From a virus (lineage: Duplodnaviria > Heunggongvirae > Uroviricota > Caudoviricetes): 45,793 nucleotides of DNA. The stretch covers positions 1-45,793 of the IMG/VR virus record IMGVR_UViG_3300032287_000839. The stretch is one strand, 5' to 3'. The stretch's first letter is position 1. Each line of letters begins with the position of its first letter. Below, in pieces: positions 18,708-27,437 of the stretch. The position numbers and the translations under genes were made by a program. Under the pieces are notes generated by a model. The model ran no database searches, was not told where the DNA came from, and worked only from the letters and a program-made list of their open reading frames with translations.

Positions 18708-19427
18708 ATGAATTGGGAGAAATTTAAAGAATGCTTTCATGAGAGCTGGCACTTGAAGATGCAACCATTTATTGAGAGCGAAGCTTGTGATAACATCTAT
18801 AAATATCTCAAATCTGAGAGTCAGAGGGGCAAGAAAATTGCTCCTCTCTCACAGAATGTATATAGATGCTTCAAAGAGACCTCATTAGATGATTTAAAGG
18901 TGGTGCTTATGGGCTTTTGTCCATATCACACACTAAAGAATGGAAGTCCTGTAGCTGATGGTTTATTAATGGGTTGTTCTACCACTGGTGTATTACAGCC
19001 ATCATTGGAACAGTTCTACAATGCTATAGAAAGAGAGAACTATGGTGGATTATGTGCTTATTGTGATAAGACTAATCCAGATGTAAGTTATCTGGCTCAC
19101 CAGGGTGTGCTAATGTTTAATGCATCTCTCACTGTAGAGGTGAATAAAGCAGGCTCACACATGGATATATGGGAACCATTCACTAAATATGTCATAGAGG
19201 AGATTCTTAATCCTACAGGTGTACCATTCATATTCTTAGGTAAAGATGCAGGTAGATATGCCAAGTATGTAAATCCATTTAGTTGGAGTTTTACAACCAG
19301 CCACCCAGCATCAGCAAGCTATAAGAATACAGATTGGGAATCAGGAGATGTATTTAAGATGGTAAACAAGGTTTTAAAAGACAACAACAATTTTCAAATC
19401 GAATGGTTAGATGGAACACCATTCTAA
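18708..19427 (+). CDS. ung: Uracil-DNA glycosylase family 1-like protein with an atypical catalytic motif
   Basis: KVVLMGFCPYH (canonical GQDPYH), QGVLMFNASLTV, W..FT, FLGKDA, HPAS. Confidence 0.8.
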   Translation: MNWEKFKECFHESWHLKMQPFIESEACDNIYKYLKSESQRGKKIAPLSQNVYRCFKETSLDDLKVVLMGFCPYHTLKNGSPVADGLLMGCSTTGVLQPSLEQFYNAIERENYGGLCAYCDKTNPDVSYLAHQGVLMFNASLTVEVNKAGSHMDIWEPFTKYVIEEILNPTGVPFIFLGKDAGRYAKYVNPFSWSFTTSHPASASYKNTDWESGDVFKMVNKVLKDNNNFQIEWLDGTPF

Positions 19428-19439
19428 AAAGACACAATT

Positions 19440-19799
19440 ATGTATACAGTTAAACATGGTGGAGACATCCACAGAGGTGATTTAGTGGCAATTTGTCACA
19501 CTAATGATTTTGTTATTGGTATTTATTATGGACAAGGAAGAGGTGGTACATTTCAGTATTACTATCCTGGTAGTGTAATAAGTGCTAAAGAATATTATGA
19601 AAACAGATTATTAAATCATGGTATTGAAAAAGAAGGACCTTTTAGAATTAATAAGCTTTGGAAGTCCTATGTTAATTCACCAAGAGAAACAAGAATCATG
19701 AAATTAAACAGAGAAAACATCACAGATAAACAAACAATAGAACAAATAATAGAAGCAAAAGAAATCTTAAAAGAATTTAACATCGAAGTAAACTACTAA
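19440..19799 (+). CDS. Hypothetical protein
   Basis: 119 aa ORF. Confidence 0.75.
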   Translation: MYTVKHGGDIHRGDLVAICHTNDFVIGIYYGQGRGGTFQYYYPGSVISAKEYYENRLLNHGIEKEGPFRINKLWKSYVNSPRETRIMKLNRENITDKQTIEQIIEAKEILKEFNIEVNY

Positions 19800-19801
19800 T
19801 T

Positions 19802-22156
19802 ATGATCTTAGAAAAACAAACCGAATCACACATCCTCCAAGAAGGAGAATCACAGGAAACTGTGAAAATGTCACTAGACTTAGATTCTGCACAAGTATTG
19901 ATGCAGATGTTAAGTAAGAATTTATATTCTGATGCAATAGGCTCTACTATCCGTGAATGTGCAAGTAATGCACTGGATAGTCATAGAAGAGCTGGAAGTG
20001 ACAAGCCTATTATTGTTTCATTTAAAAGAAACAATCAGGCAAATACATATGAATTTGCTGTTGAAGACTTTGGTATTGGTTTAGATGCAGATGATGTGGT
20101 AAACATTATCAGTAAATATGGTAAATCAACCAAGCGTGACAGTAATACAGAATTAGGTATGATGGGCTTAGGTTTCAAAGCTCCATTAGCTTATTCTTCT
20201 AGCTTTTATTTTGTAGCTAGAAAGAATGGTATGGAACGTAAATATATGATGTATGAAGGAGAGGATACCAATAGTATCGATCTTTTGTATGAAACACCAA
20301 CCACAGAAGATAATGGTGTAAAGGTGATTGTACCTGTAAGCTATGGTGATAGATATAATTTCACTAGAAAGATTAAGGAACAATTAGCTTATTTTGAGAG
20401 TGTTTATTTTGATGTAGATAGTTCTTGGGGAACTGTAGATAATGATTTCACAATACATAGAGCTGAGCATTATCAATATTCTAGCTTAGCTCAGAACAAT
20501 GATATGCATTTGTGTCTAGATAATGTTAGTTATCCAATTGACTGGGAAAAGCTTGGTATTGAAAGAATCAATATGAAGATGGCTTTGAGATTCAGTTTGA
20601 GTGATGGTTTATTCCCTACACCAAACAGAGAAGCTATCAGATATACACAGGAAGCTAAGCAAACGATCATCAATAAGATTATCACTGTAGCTAATGTTTT
20701 CATGGATAAATATAATGAGAACATTACAGAGAAATCTGATATCACTTCTATTCTAGAATTCTATAACGATAGATATAAGTATATGGATGGTTCTATTATA
20801 GGAATTGATGGTAGAATCGATGTAACAAACTTACTTGAGCGTGCTACCACTCCTATGAAACAGCCTAAACTAGAAGGTATAGAGCTATTAGACTTAGAAA
20901 GATTAGCTGAGAGAGGTAAAGATTACTTCTTAGGTGAGTATCAAATTAAGTTTAGATTCAACAATGGTAGATTTAATAGTGGTAAAGGCTACTGGACTAG
21001 TAATTTGAGACCACAAGATTTTGGCGGTAGTCACAATGGTGATATCTATTACTTTGCAGATAGACTTACTAAGACCAAACAAGACTATTTGAGAAGTGTA
21101 TTGGGAAATGACTACAAAACAATTCTATTTGTTAAGAAAGATAAACCTTTTAAACTTAGAACTGGTCACCAGATCGATTATCATACATATTATTCTTTGT
21201 TAAATCTGCAAATCTATCCTAAATCTCAATGGAGACAGCTTATTACAGAGTTTAGACATATAATTAGTCTTTATGAAGCAAGAATGATAGATTGTGATGC
21301 TATTGATATTCCACAAACCTGGACAGATGCTCAGAAAGCTAAGAGAATGAAGGTTCTAGCTAAACCTACAACAGTAAATGGTGTTAAGAAGGTTAGAATG
21401 AAAGGTGAATTCTCTGGTAAGGTGGGTACACAGATGTCAGTAAATATGACTGATCAATATTGTAAGTTTGTTCCTACAACATTCAAAATGGAAGACATCC
21501 ATAAAGCTAGTAAGTTACACGTTTATGCTAAAGAAGCTGATAAGAAAAGACTGGACAAATTATGGTCAGTATTTGAATACCAAGTTAACCTTGTTCTTGT
21601 TGCACAAGCAACCTATGACAACTTACAGAAAGCTGATTTACATAACTGGATAACAATCGATAAATTTATGGAAGGAAAGAACAGACCATATAGAACTATG
21701 GCTACAGAATTCTTAGTAGAAGACTTATGTATAAGCAATAAATATACATTTGATAGAATAGAGTTTGTTAAAGAAATATCTACTGATTTAGCAAATAAGT
21801 TAGAAACTTTAAGAATCTATCACAGAAATAATAACAGAAGTTATGCTAGTGATGAGGTAAAAAATATAATAGTGGAACACGCTAAAGAAAATAACTTGTT
21901 TGATCAAGAAATATATACGATCTATAAACAAGTAAACGAAGTGCTTACCAAATTACCTTTCTTGAATGCAATGTTAGGTAAAATGGGATATGCAATTCGT
22001 CATGACGATAAAGCATTAATGGATGCACTTGTTGATCTCTTTAAGTATCACAAAACAAGAGTTAACTTAGAGCACTACACTCTAAAATTAACTGAAGATG
22101 CTCCATTAGAGCAAGAATTAACAGTAGACACAGTTGAAGAATTACAAACAATTTAA
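19802..22156 (+). CDS. rIIA: rIIA-like protein (GHKL/Hsp90-type ATPase N-terminus)
   Basis: LYSD...IRECASNALDSH; DFGIGL; YGKSTKR; GMMGLGFKAPLAY. Confidence 0.88.
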   Translation: MILEKQTESHILQEGESQETVKMSLDLDSAQVLMQMLSKNLYSDAIGSTIRECASNALDSHRRAGSDKPIIVSFKRNNQANTYEFAVEDFGIGLDADDVVNIISKYGKSTKRDSNTELGMMGLGFKAPLAYSSSFYFVARKNGMERKYMMYEGEDTNSIDLLYETPTTEDNGVKVIVPVSYGDRYNFTRKIKEQLAYFESVYFDVDSSWGTVDNDFTIHRAEHYQYSSLAQNNDMHLCLDNVSYPIDWEKLGIERINMKMALRFSLSDGLFPTPNREAIRYTQEAKQTIINKIITVANVFMDKYNENITEKSDITSILEFYNDRYKYMDGSIIGIDGRIDVTNLLERATTPMKQPKLEGIELLDLERLAERGKDYFLGEYQIKFRFNNGRFNSGKGYWTSNLRPQDFGGSHNGDIYYFADRLTKTKQDYLRSVLGNDYKTILFVKKDKPFKLRTGHQIDYHTYYSLLNLQIYPKSQWRQLITEFRHIISLYEARMIDCDAIDIPQTWTDAQKAKRMKVLAKPTTVNGVKKVRMKGEFSGKVGTQMSVNMTDQYCKFVPTTFKMEDIHKASKLHVYAKEADKKRLDKLWSVFEYQVNLVLVAQATYDNLQKADLHNWITIDKFMEGKNRPYRTMATEFLVEDLCISNKYTFDRIEFVKEISTDLANKLETLRIYHRNNNRSYASDEVKNIIVEHAKENNLFDQEIYTIYKQVNEVLTKLPFLNAMLGKMGYAIRHDDKALMDALVDLFKYHKTRVNLEHYTLKLTEDAPLEQELTVDTVEELQTI

Positions 22157-22166
22157 AAGAAAAAAC

Positions 22167-23687
22167 ATGCTAAGTTTAAAATGGTTTAAAAGTGCGATTG
22201 AACGCACTATTGAAAAAGTAGTAGAAAACAAGATTGAACAAGCGTTTGATCAATTAGATAAAGAAGAGGGAGCAACAGCTCCTTCTTCTCCTACATGGGT
22301 CCAAACATCAACAGCAATTGATGAGTATTTAAATGCAAAACCCTATCTAAACATTAAAATGGTTAATGATACATTGACTATTGTAATGAATGATGGTAGT
22401 ATCGTTACTAAATCTCCTGCAACATCTGATGATTTCAATGCTGCTAGAGACTGTAAAACAGAAGCTTGCTTAATAGATCTTGTAAGCTCTCCAGAAGTGA
22501 GAGAAGAAAAGAGAAAAGCTGAAGCTGCTTATGAAAAAGCAAAAGCTGTTCAAAGAGGTGCTGAGTATTTAGCTACGCTTAAGGAGTTTGAAATGAAAGA
22601 TGGTGCTTTGTACTTAACAGGCATCAATAGAACTCTTCCTCCATTATTAGTAGAGGAATTCTTAGAGGTGGTAGGTAGACACGGTGGTACAGACAATGAT
22701 GAATTCAATGCATTACATAGATTCTTTATGTGGTGTTGTTTGAATCCAAGAGCTGAAGTAGCACATGAGTTATATCGTTTCTTGAGAGAGAATAGCTTTA
22801 GTATCACTAAGCAGGGCTTCTTTGTAGCATTGCGTAATGTGGTTACTCTTCACGGTTCTAATGAGCTTGTACACTTTGTAAGCAATGCTTATAATAAGGT
22901 AAAAGCTGTATGGAAGAAGAAACCAGACGACTATTCAGTGTTCTTAAAGAATGGTGAATATACAATGGTTCATAAATCTGTATTTGAAGAGTTGATTCCA
23001 TGTATACACTGTGATGAGAATGGTAATGTCCCTTGTGATGATTGTGATGATTATGAAGAAGACTTTTATGATGATAGCTGTGAGTGTCCAGAGTGTAATG
23101 GTTCTGGTACAGTGTATAAAAATGATGAGTCTGACTATGGTGAAAATCTTGGTAACTTAACTGAGTTATATCTTGATTTGCCTAATAGAGCAGAGAATAG
23201 ATTTACAGATGATTGGACCAAGACATTTGACATTCGTATTGGTAGACCAGTAAGTATGCCAATGAGTGATTGTAACTGGAGTACACAAGATTGTGCTGCT
23301 GCAGGTTTACACTTCACTAGTGATCAAATTCACTATGTAGGTTGTGGTGATACGAGTGTTCTCGTACTTATCAATCCTATGAAGGTGGTTGGTATTGGTC
23401 AACACAAAGGTAGATGTTATGAGTATTTACCAATTATGACTGTAGCTCGTGAAGAAGCAACAGAAATTTTACACGATCTTGATTTTGATACATTACAATT
23501 AGATGAGTCTTATGCTGTACGTGAGTTAGAAAACCTCGCTGATAAAGCTAAAGAAGGATTCACTGCAGAAGCTAAGAAGTATGATTTCAACTTACCAGCT
23601 TTATCTGCTGTAGAAGTGTATACAATTGTTAAAAGTCTTGATGAAATTAAAGAAGAAATTTCAGGAAGAATCGTAACAATTGATTAA
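22167..23687 (+). CDS. rIIB: rIIB-like protein with a Cys-rich insert
   Basis: Follows rIIA; GFFVALRNV, IRIGRPVSM, CAAAGLHF, LVLINPMKVV; likely start 22167. Confidence 0.8.
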   Translation: MLSLKWFKSAIERTIEKVVENKIEQAFDQLDKEEGATAPSSPTWVQTSTAIDEYLNAKPYLNIKMVNDTLTIVMNDGSIVTKSPATSDDFNAARDCKTEACLIDLVSSPEVREEKRKAEAAYEKAKAVQRGAEYLATLKEFEMKDGALYLTGINRTLPPLLVEEFLEVVGRHGGTDNDEFNALHRFFMWCCLNPRAEVAHELYRFLRENSFSITKQGFFVALRNVVTLHGSNELVHFVSNAYNKVKAVWKKKPDDYSVFLKNGEYTMVHKSVFEELIPCIHCDENGNVPCDDCDDYEEDFYDDSCECPECNGSGTVYKNDESDYGENLGNLTELYLDLPNRAENRFTDDWTKTFDIRIGRPVSMPMSDCNWSTQDCAAAGLHFTSDQIHYVGCGDTSVLVLINPMKVVGIGQHKGRCYEYLPIMTVAREEATEILHDLDFDTLQLDESYAVRELENLADKAKEGFTAEAKKYDFNLPALSAVEVYTIVKSLDEIKEEISGRIVTID

Positions 23688-23722
23688 ATTTGTAGTCCCA
23701 GGGTGTAAAAGCCCTGGGCTAT
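23685..23722 (+). promoter_or_regulatory. TAAATTTG element followed by a GC-rich hairpin
   Basis: TAAATTTG at 23685-23692; CCCAGGG-TGTAAAAG-CCCTGGG; no clear -33 element. Confidence 0.45.
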
Positions 23723-23734
23723 TAAATATTATAT

Positions 23735-24139
23735 ATGATAAAGAAAAACGCTACAAAAAGAAGAGCTAAAATACCTAGATCGAGAAACCCTAAAAGTAGG
23801 AATGCTGGTACAATGACAGAATCTGCTTTCTGGAGTTTTATTAGAAGTGCATTAAGACAAAAGTCTAGATGGTGGAAACCTATTACAGAATGTAAGCTAC
23901 AAGCTAAGCGTGCATATAAAGGAACCAACAAAAGACAGAAGTTCGAATATAAATGTGCTTCATGTAATAACTGGTTCCCAGAAAAGCAAATCAATGTTGA
24001 TCATATAAAACCTGCAGGAAGCTTAAACTGTGCACAAGACTTACCAGGATTTGTAGAACGTCTCTTTTGTGAGATAGATAATCTGCAAGTGCTGTGTGAA
24101 AAATGCCATGATGTAAAAACTAAATTAGAAAAGAAATGA
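23735..24139 (+). CDS. HNH endonuclease
   Basis: CASC...VDHIKP...NLQVLCEKCHDVKT. Confidence 0.88.
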   Translation: MIKKNATKRRAKIPRSRNPKSRNAGTMTESAFWSFIRSALRQKSRWWKPITECKLQAKRAYKGTNKRQKFEYKCASCNNWFPEKQINVDHIKPAGSLNCAQDLPGFVERLFCEIDNLQVLCEKCHDVKTKLEKK

Positions 24140-24384
24140 GTGAAGAAAAACAAGTAATCGTAAGTATCAACAAAAAGCCATCATTCACTGAAATATGGTA
24201 TGAAGGAACTGTTACTTATGATGGTAAAGATTACATGTTCTGGTTGATCAACCCTAGAGGTAAAGATGAACAAGGACGTGAGTATGAAATGGAAGTTAGA
24301 TGGTTCTTTAAACAAGTGCCTATAGAAATTAGGGCAATGAGTGACACAATTATTAATGACTTTAAAGCAAATCAACATGATTAG
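24136..24384 (+). CDS. Hypothetical protein
   Basis: 82 aa; overlap-coupled. Confidence 0.7.
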   Translation: MSEEKQVIVSINKKPSFTEIWYEGTVTYDGKDYMFWLINPRGKDEQGREYEMEVRWFFKQVPIEIRAMSDTIINDFKANQHD

Positions 24385-25420
24385 TGGACAAACTAAGACA
24401 GAAGCTCAATACAGAGCTGTGCAAATGGATAGTTCCTCAAGTTTGAAGGAATTCTCCCAGAATAGAAAGAAGTACCACAAGAAGTACATTCTTAATGAAA
24501 GAGTAGAAGAAGAAGATAATCTAGCTGCTACAATGGGCAGAATTGTAGAAACATTGTTATTAGAACCAGAAGAGTTTGATAACAGATTCCACATGTCTAT
24601 TGTTACTAGTGCACCAACAGGATTGATGTTGGATTTTGTAGAAGCATTGTATAAACATACAGCTGAAGCTACAAATGAAGATGGTGTATTAACTAGAAAC
24701 TTTGAAGAGTTATGCAAAGACGCTTATGTAGATTCAGGATTCAAGATTAAGTTGGATGCTGTTCTTAATAAATTTGTAGGCTCAGATGCTGAAGTGTATT
24801 ACAAAGAGATCCGTGAGGTGAGAAGCAAAGGCTTAACTGTTGTTACAACTAAAGATGTAGATAATGCTACTAAGATTGTAGAAGAGTTAAAAACCAATGA
24901 TTTTACATCTCCAGTTGTAAACTTAGTAAATAGTGCTAGATATTCTATCTATAACCAATTACAGGTTGAAGGATATGATGTATTTGGTCATCTGTTTAAG
25001 TCTATGATGGACAAGATGATTGTAGATCACAATAGCAAAACAGTTCAGGTGTATGACTTAAAGTGTACTTGGTCTGTTGAGAACTTTTATGATGAGTACT
25101 ATTTATATCGTAGAGCATATATTCAAGGATTCTTATATCACAAAGCTGCAGAGTCTTGGGCTAGTGAAATGGGTTATGGAGATTATACTATTCTCTATCC
25201 TAAGTTCATTGTTTGTGATAGCACAAATTATAGTGCTCCATTGATTTATGCAATGTCTGATATTAACATGCAAGATGCTCTTAATGGATTTACGTACAAA
25301 GGAAGAGAGTATCCAGGTGTTGCTTCATTGATAGAAGACCTTCAATGGGCTATTGATAATGACAAATGGAACATCTCTAGAGAAAACTATATTAATAATG
25401 GTGTTGTAAAATTAGGTTAA
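24377..25420 (+). CDS. PD-(D/E)XK exonuclease (RecE/ExoVIII-like)
   Basis: SSSSLKEF; KSMMDKMIVD; YDLKCT; Q...Y motif; likely start 24377. Confidence 0.8.
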   Translation: MISGQTKTEAQYRAVQMDSSSSLKEFSQNRKKYHKKYILNERVEEEDNLAATMGRIVETLLLEPEEFDNRFHMSIVTSAPTGLMLDFVEALYKHTAEATNEDGVLTRNFEELCKDAYVDSGFKIKLDAVLNKFVGSDAEVYYKEIREVRSKGLTVVTTKDVDNATKIVEELKTNDFTSPVVNLVNSARYSIYNQLQVEGYDVFGHLFKSMMDKMIVDHNSKTVQVYDLKCTWSVENFYDEYYLYRRAYIQGFLYHKAAESWASEMGYGDYTILYPKFIVCDSTNYSAPLIYAMSDINMQDALNGFTYKGREYPGVASLIEDLQWAIDNDKWNISRENYINNGVVKLG

Positions 25421-25971
25421 TGGAAATAAAAAAGACCATAACCAGTATATTTATTGTCCCTACGCTGAGTATTGGAAAAGAAAGGCTAATGGACAATGGA
25501 TATATTAATGGTTATATAAAAGATGGTAGAAAAGAAGTTCAATATGAAAGTTGCGTCTATCTTCTTTTCAAACCAGAAAACTTAGATAAGTTTAGAGAGT
25601 TTCTAGATACAGAATATGAACGCACAAAGTCCATAGTTGATGATTATGATTATGAAGATGGATATGTTGTAGTGGTTTATATGCTCAACTCTAAACTCGA
25701 TAAAGATTTTGAACTAATAAAACAAGGTAAATATTCTAAAACTTCTCCAAAGTTTCAGGAAATATTCCCTAAAATTGTTAAACTTAAAAGAAATGGTCTT
25801 TATAGAGATGAAATAAGTCTTCAATACCGTATATTTAACAAAACAGAAGATCTTCGTAAATACTGGGAAGACCTCCTTGATACAGAAATCTCTGAAGATA
25901 TGGAAGTATGGAGTACATTCATTGAAGAAGACGAAACCTTAAACCTTGATAAAATTAAAGAACATGTTTAA
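25420..25971 (+). CDS. Hypothetical phage protein
   Basis: 183 aa; TAATG coupling; GKYSK motif. Confidence 0.8.
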   Translation: MEIKKTITSIFIVPTLSIGKERLMDNGYINGYIKDGRKEVQYESCVYLLFKPENLDKFREFLDTEYERTKSIVDDYDYEDGYVVVVYMLNSKLDKDFELIKQGKYSKTSPKFQEIFPKIVKLKRNGLYRDEISLQYRIFNKTEDLRKYWEDLLDTEISEDMEVWSTFIEEDETLNLDKIKEHV

Positions 25972-26191
25972 CAAAGACATATCAGACAAGCTCACAGAGC
26001 TATATGGAGAAGAGAATGTGATTCTTTTCTCACAAATGGAAGCAACTAGAAACTCATTAATATTTGATGAACTAGCAGCTAATTCATACACTGACATAGA
26101 GGAACACAGTTTTGAAAGAGACTGGTGGAAGCAGAATGCAGAAAGATTAAAGGAATCAAGATTCGAAAAACGTAAAAACATTACACCATGA
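25964..26191 (+). CDS. Hypothetical protein
   Basis: Likely start MFNKDISDK. Confidence 0.65.
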   Translation: MFNKDISDKLTELYGEENVILFSQMEATRNSLIFDELAANSYTDIEEHSFERDWWKQNAERLKESRFEKRKNITP

Positions 26192-26553
26192 ACAGTAAAA
26201 CACTCTTAGAAAACTACCCAAAAGCTGCAGATGTTATTAGACAACATTTTGTAGACAAGCTAGTAGAGTCTTTAAATGATGCTGATTTACCAGATGATTT
26301 TAAAGAATTTGCTAGACAACAAGAAATTGATAACGATAAGATAGCTTCGTTGATAGATTCTCAACCTAGAGGATTATTTGATGTGTTTGATGATCATAAG
26401 ATATTTACACAAATTAGTATAGATATTGAGAACAACTGCTTCAGATGGTCATTTGATGGAGGTAAGGTGGAAAGCAACGATTATGATACAAGAAAAGATG
26501 CTGAAGCGGCAGCTGTAGAAAAGGCATTTGAAATTCTAAATGATAAGCTATGA
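26188..26553 (+). CDS. Hypothetical protein
   Basis: 121 aa ORF. Confidence 0.75.
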   Translation: MNSKTLLENYPKAADVIRQHFVDKLVESLNDADLPDDFKEFARQQEIDNDKIASLIDSQPRGLFDVFDDHKIFTQISIDIENNCFRWSFDGGKVESNDYDTRKDAEAAAVEKAFEILNDKL

Positions 26554-26849
26554 TTTATAACAATGATGTAGATCCAAATGTAACCATGTGGCAGAACGAA
26601 AGTGATCAAGTGGTGCTATCAGTAATTGAGAAGTACGCTAAGCGTAGTGAAGTGGGAATAGCCAAGTATGGTACCACACTAGAAACTAACAACAAGGATA
26701 ACTATCTCAAACATCTACAGGAGGAATTAATGGATGCAACGCTCTATCTAGAGAAGCTTATGACCTTAGATAAGGAAATAACTAAGTTAGTTAGAAATCA
26801 TTCAAATGATGCAGAATTAGGACACAAAATAAGAGAGTTGATTAGATAA
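26550..26849 (+). CDS. MazG-like / all-alpha NTP pyrophosphohydrolase-like protein
   Basis: RSEVGIAKYGTTL...HLQEELMDATLYLEK (EExxD helix). Confidence 0.55.
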   Translation: MIYNNDVDPNVTMWQNESDQVVLSVIEKYAKRSEVGIAKYGTTLETNNKDNYLKHLQEELMDATLYLEKLMTLDKEITKLVRNHSNDAELGHKIRELIR

Positions 26850-26864
26850 TATTTTTCAAATCTC

Positions 26865-26906
26865 TTGGAACTTTAATTAGGGGGTTGTATATTTGCGACC
26901 CCCTAA
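26865..26906 (+). promoter_or_regulatory. Bacteroidetes-type promoter whose -7 box forms the loop of an 11-bp hairpin
   Basis: TTG-N20-TATATTTG; arms TTAGGGGGTTG and CGACCCCCTAA. Confidence 0.7.
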
Positions 26907-26922
26907 AATTTACCCTTTTTAC

Positions 26923-27437
26923 ATGGAAAATAACTGCCCAATTTGTGGAAAAACTAGACAATATAAATCTAAAAGTGGATTTTATAGGGCAAATAAAAAT
27001 AATTTGCCTTGTAAGTCTTGTTCTAACTCATTGAATGCTGGTGGAATTGGTCATGTTTTATACAATGATCAAGGTCAAAGTGTTGTATAGATTGTAAACA
27101 ATTTAAAATTTTAGATGAATATTATGATAACAAAGCTGGAAAAACTTCAGTTTGTAAAGAATGTTCACACAAAAGAGCAAGTAAATATCATAAATCTATT
27201 TATAGATATGCCAAATATGGTATAACTAAAGAACAATTTGATGAACTATTTAAAACTCAAGAAGGTAAATGTCCAATATGTAGAACTGAACTAAAAGAAG
27301 AGATTCATATAGATCATGATCATATAAATGGTCAAGTAAGAGGAATTCTTTGTGGTAAGTGTAACAAAGGATTAGGGCAATTTAATGATAATATAGAATC
27401 TTTAACAAACGCAATTAAATATTTAAAAAATGAGTAA
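26923..27437 (+). pseudogene. Frameshifted endonuclease VII-family (free-standing homing) endonuclease
   Basis: MENNCPICG... stops at 27090; shifting frame near 27076-27080 gives KCCIDCK...KYGITKEQFDELFKTQEGKCPIC...HIDHDHINGQVRGILCGKCNKGLGQFND...KYLKNE*. Confidence 0.85.
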
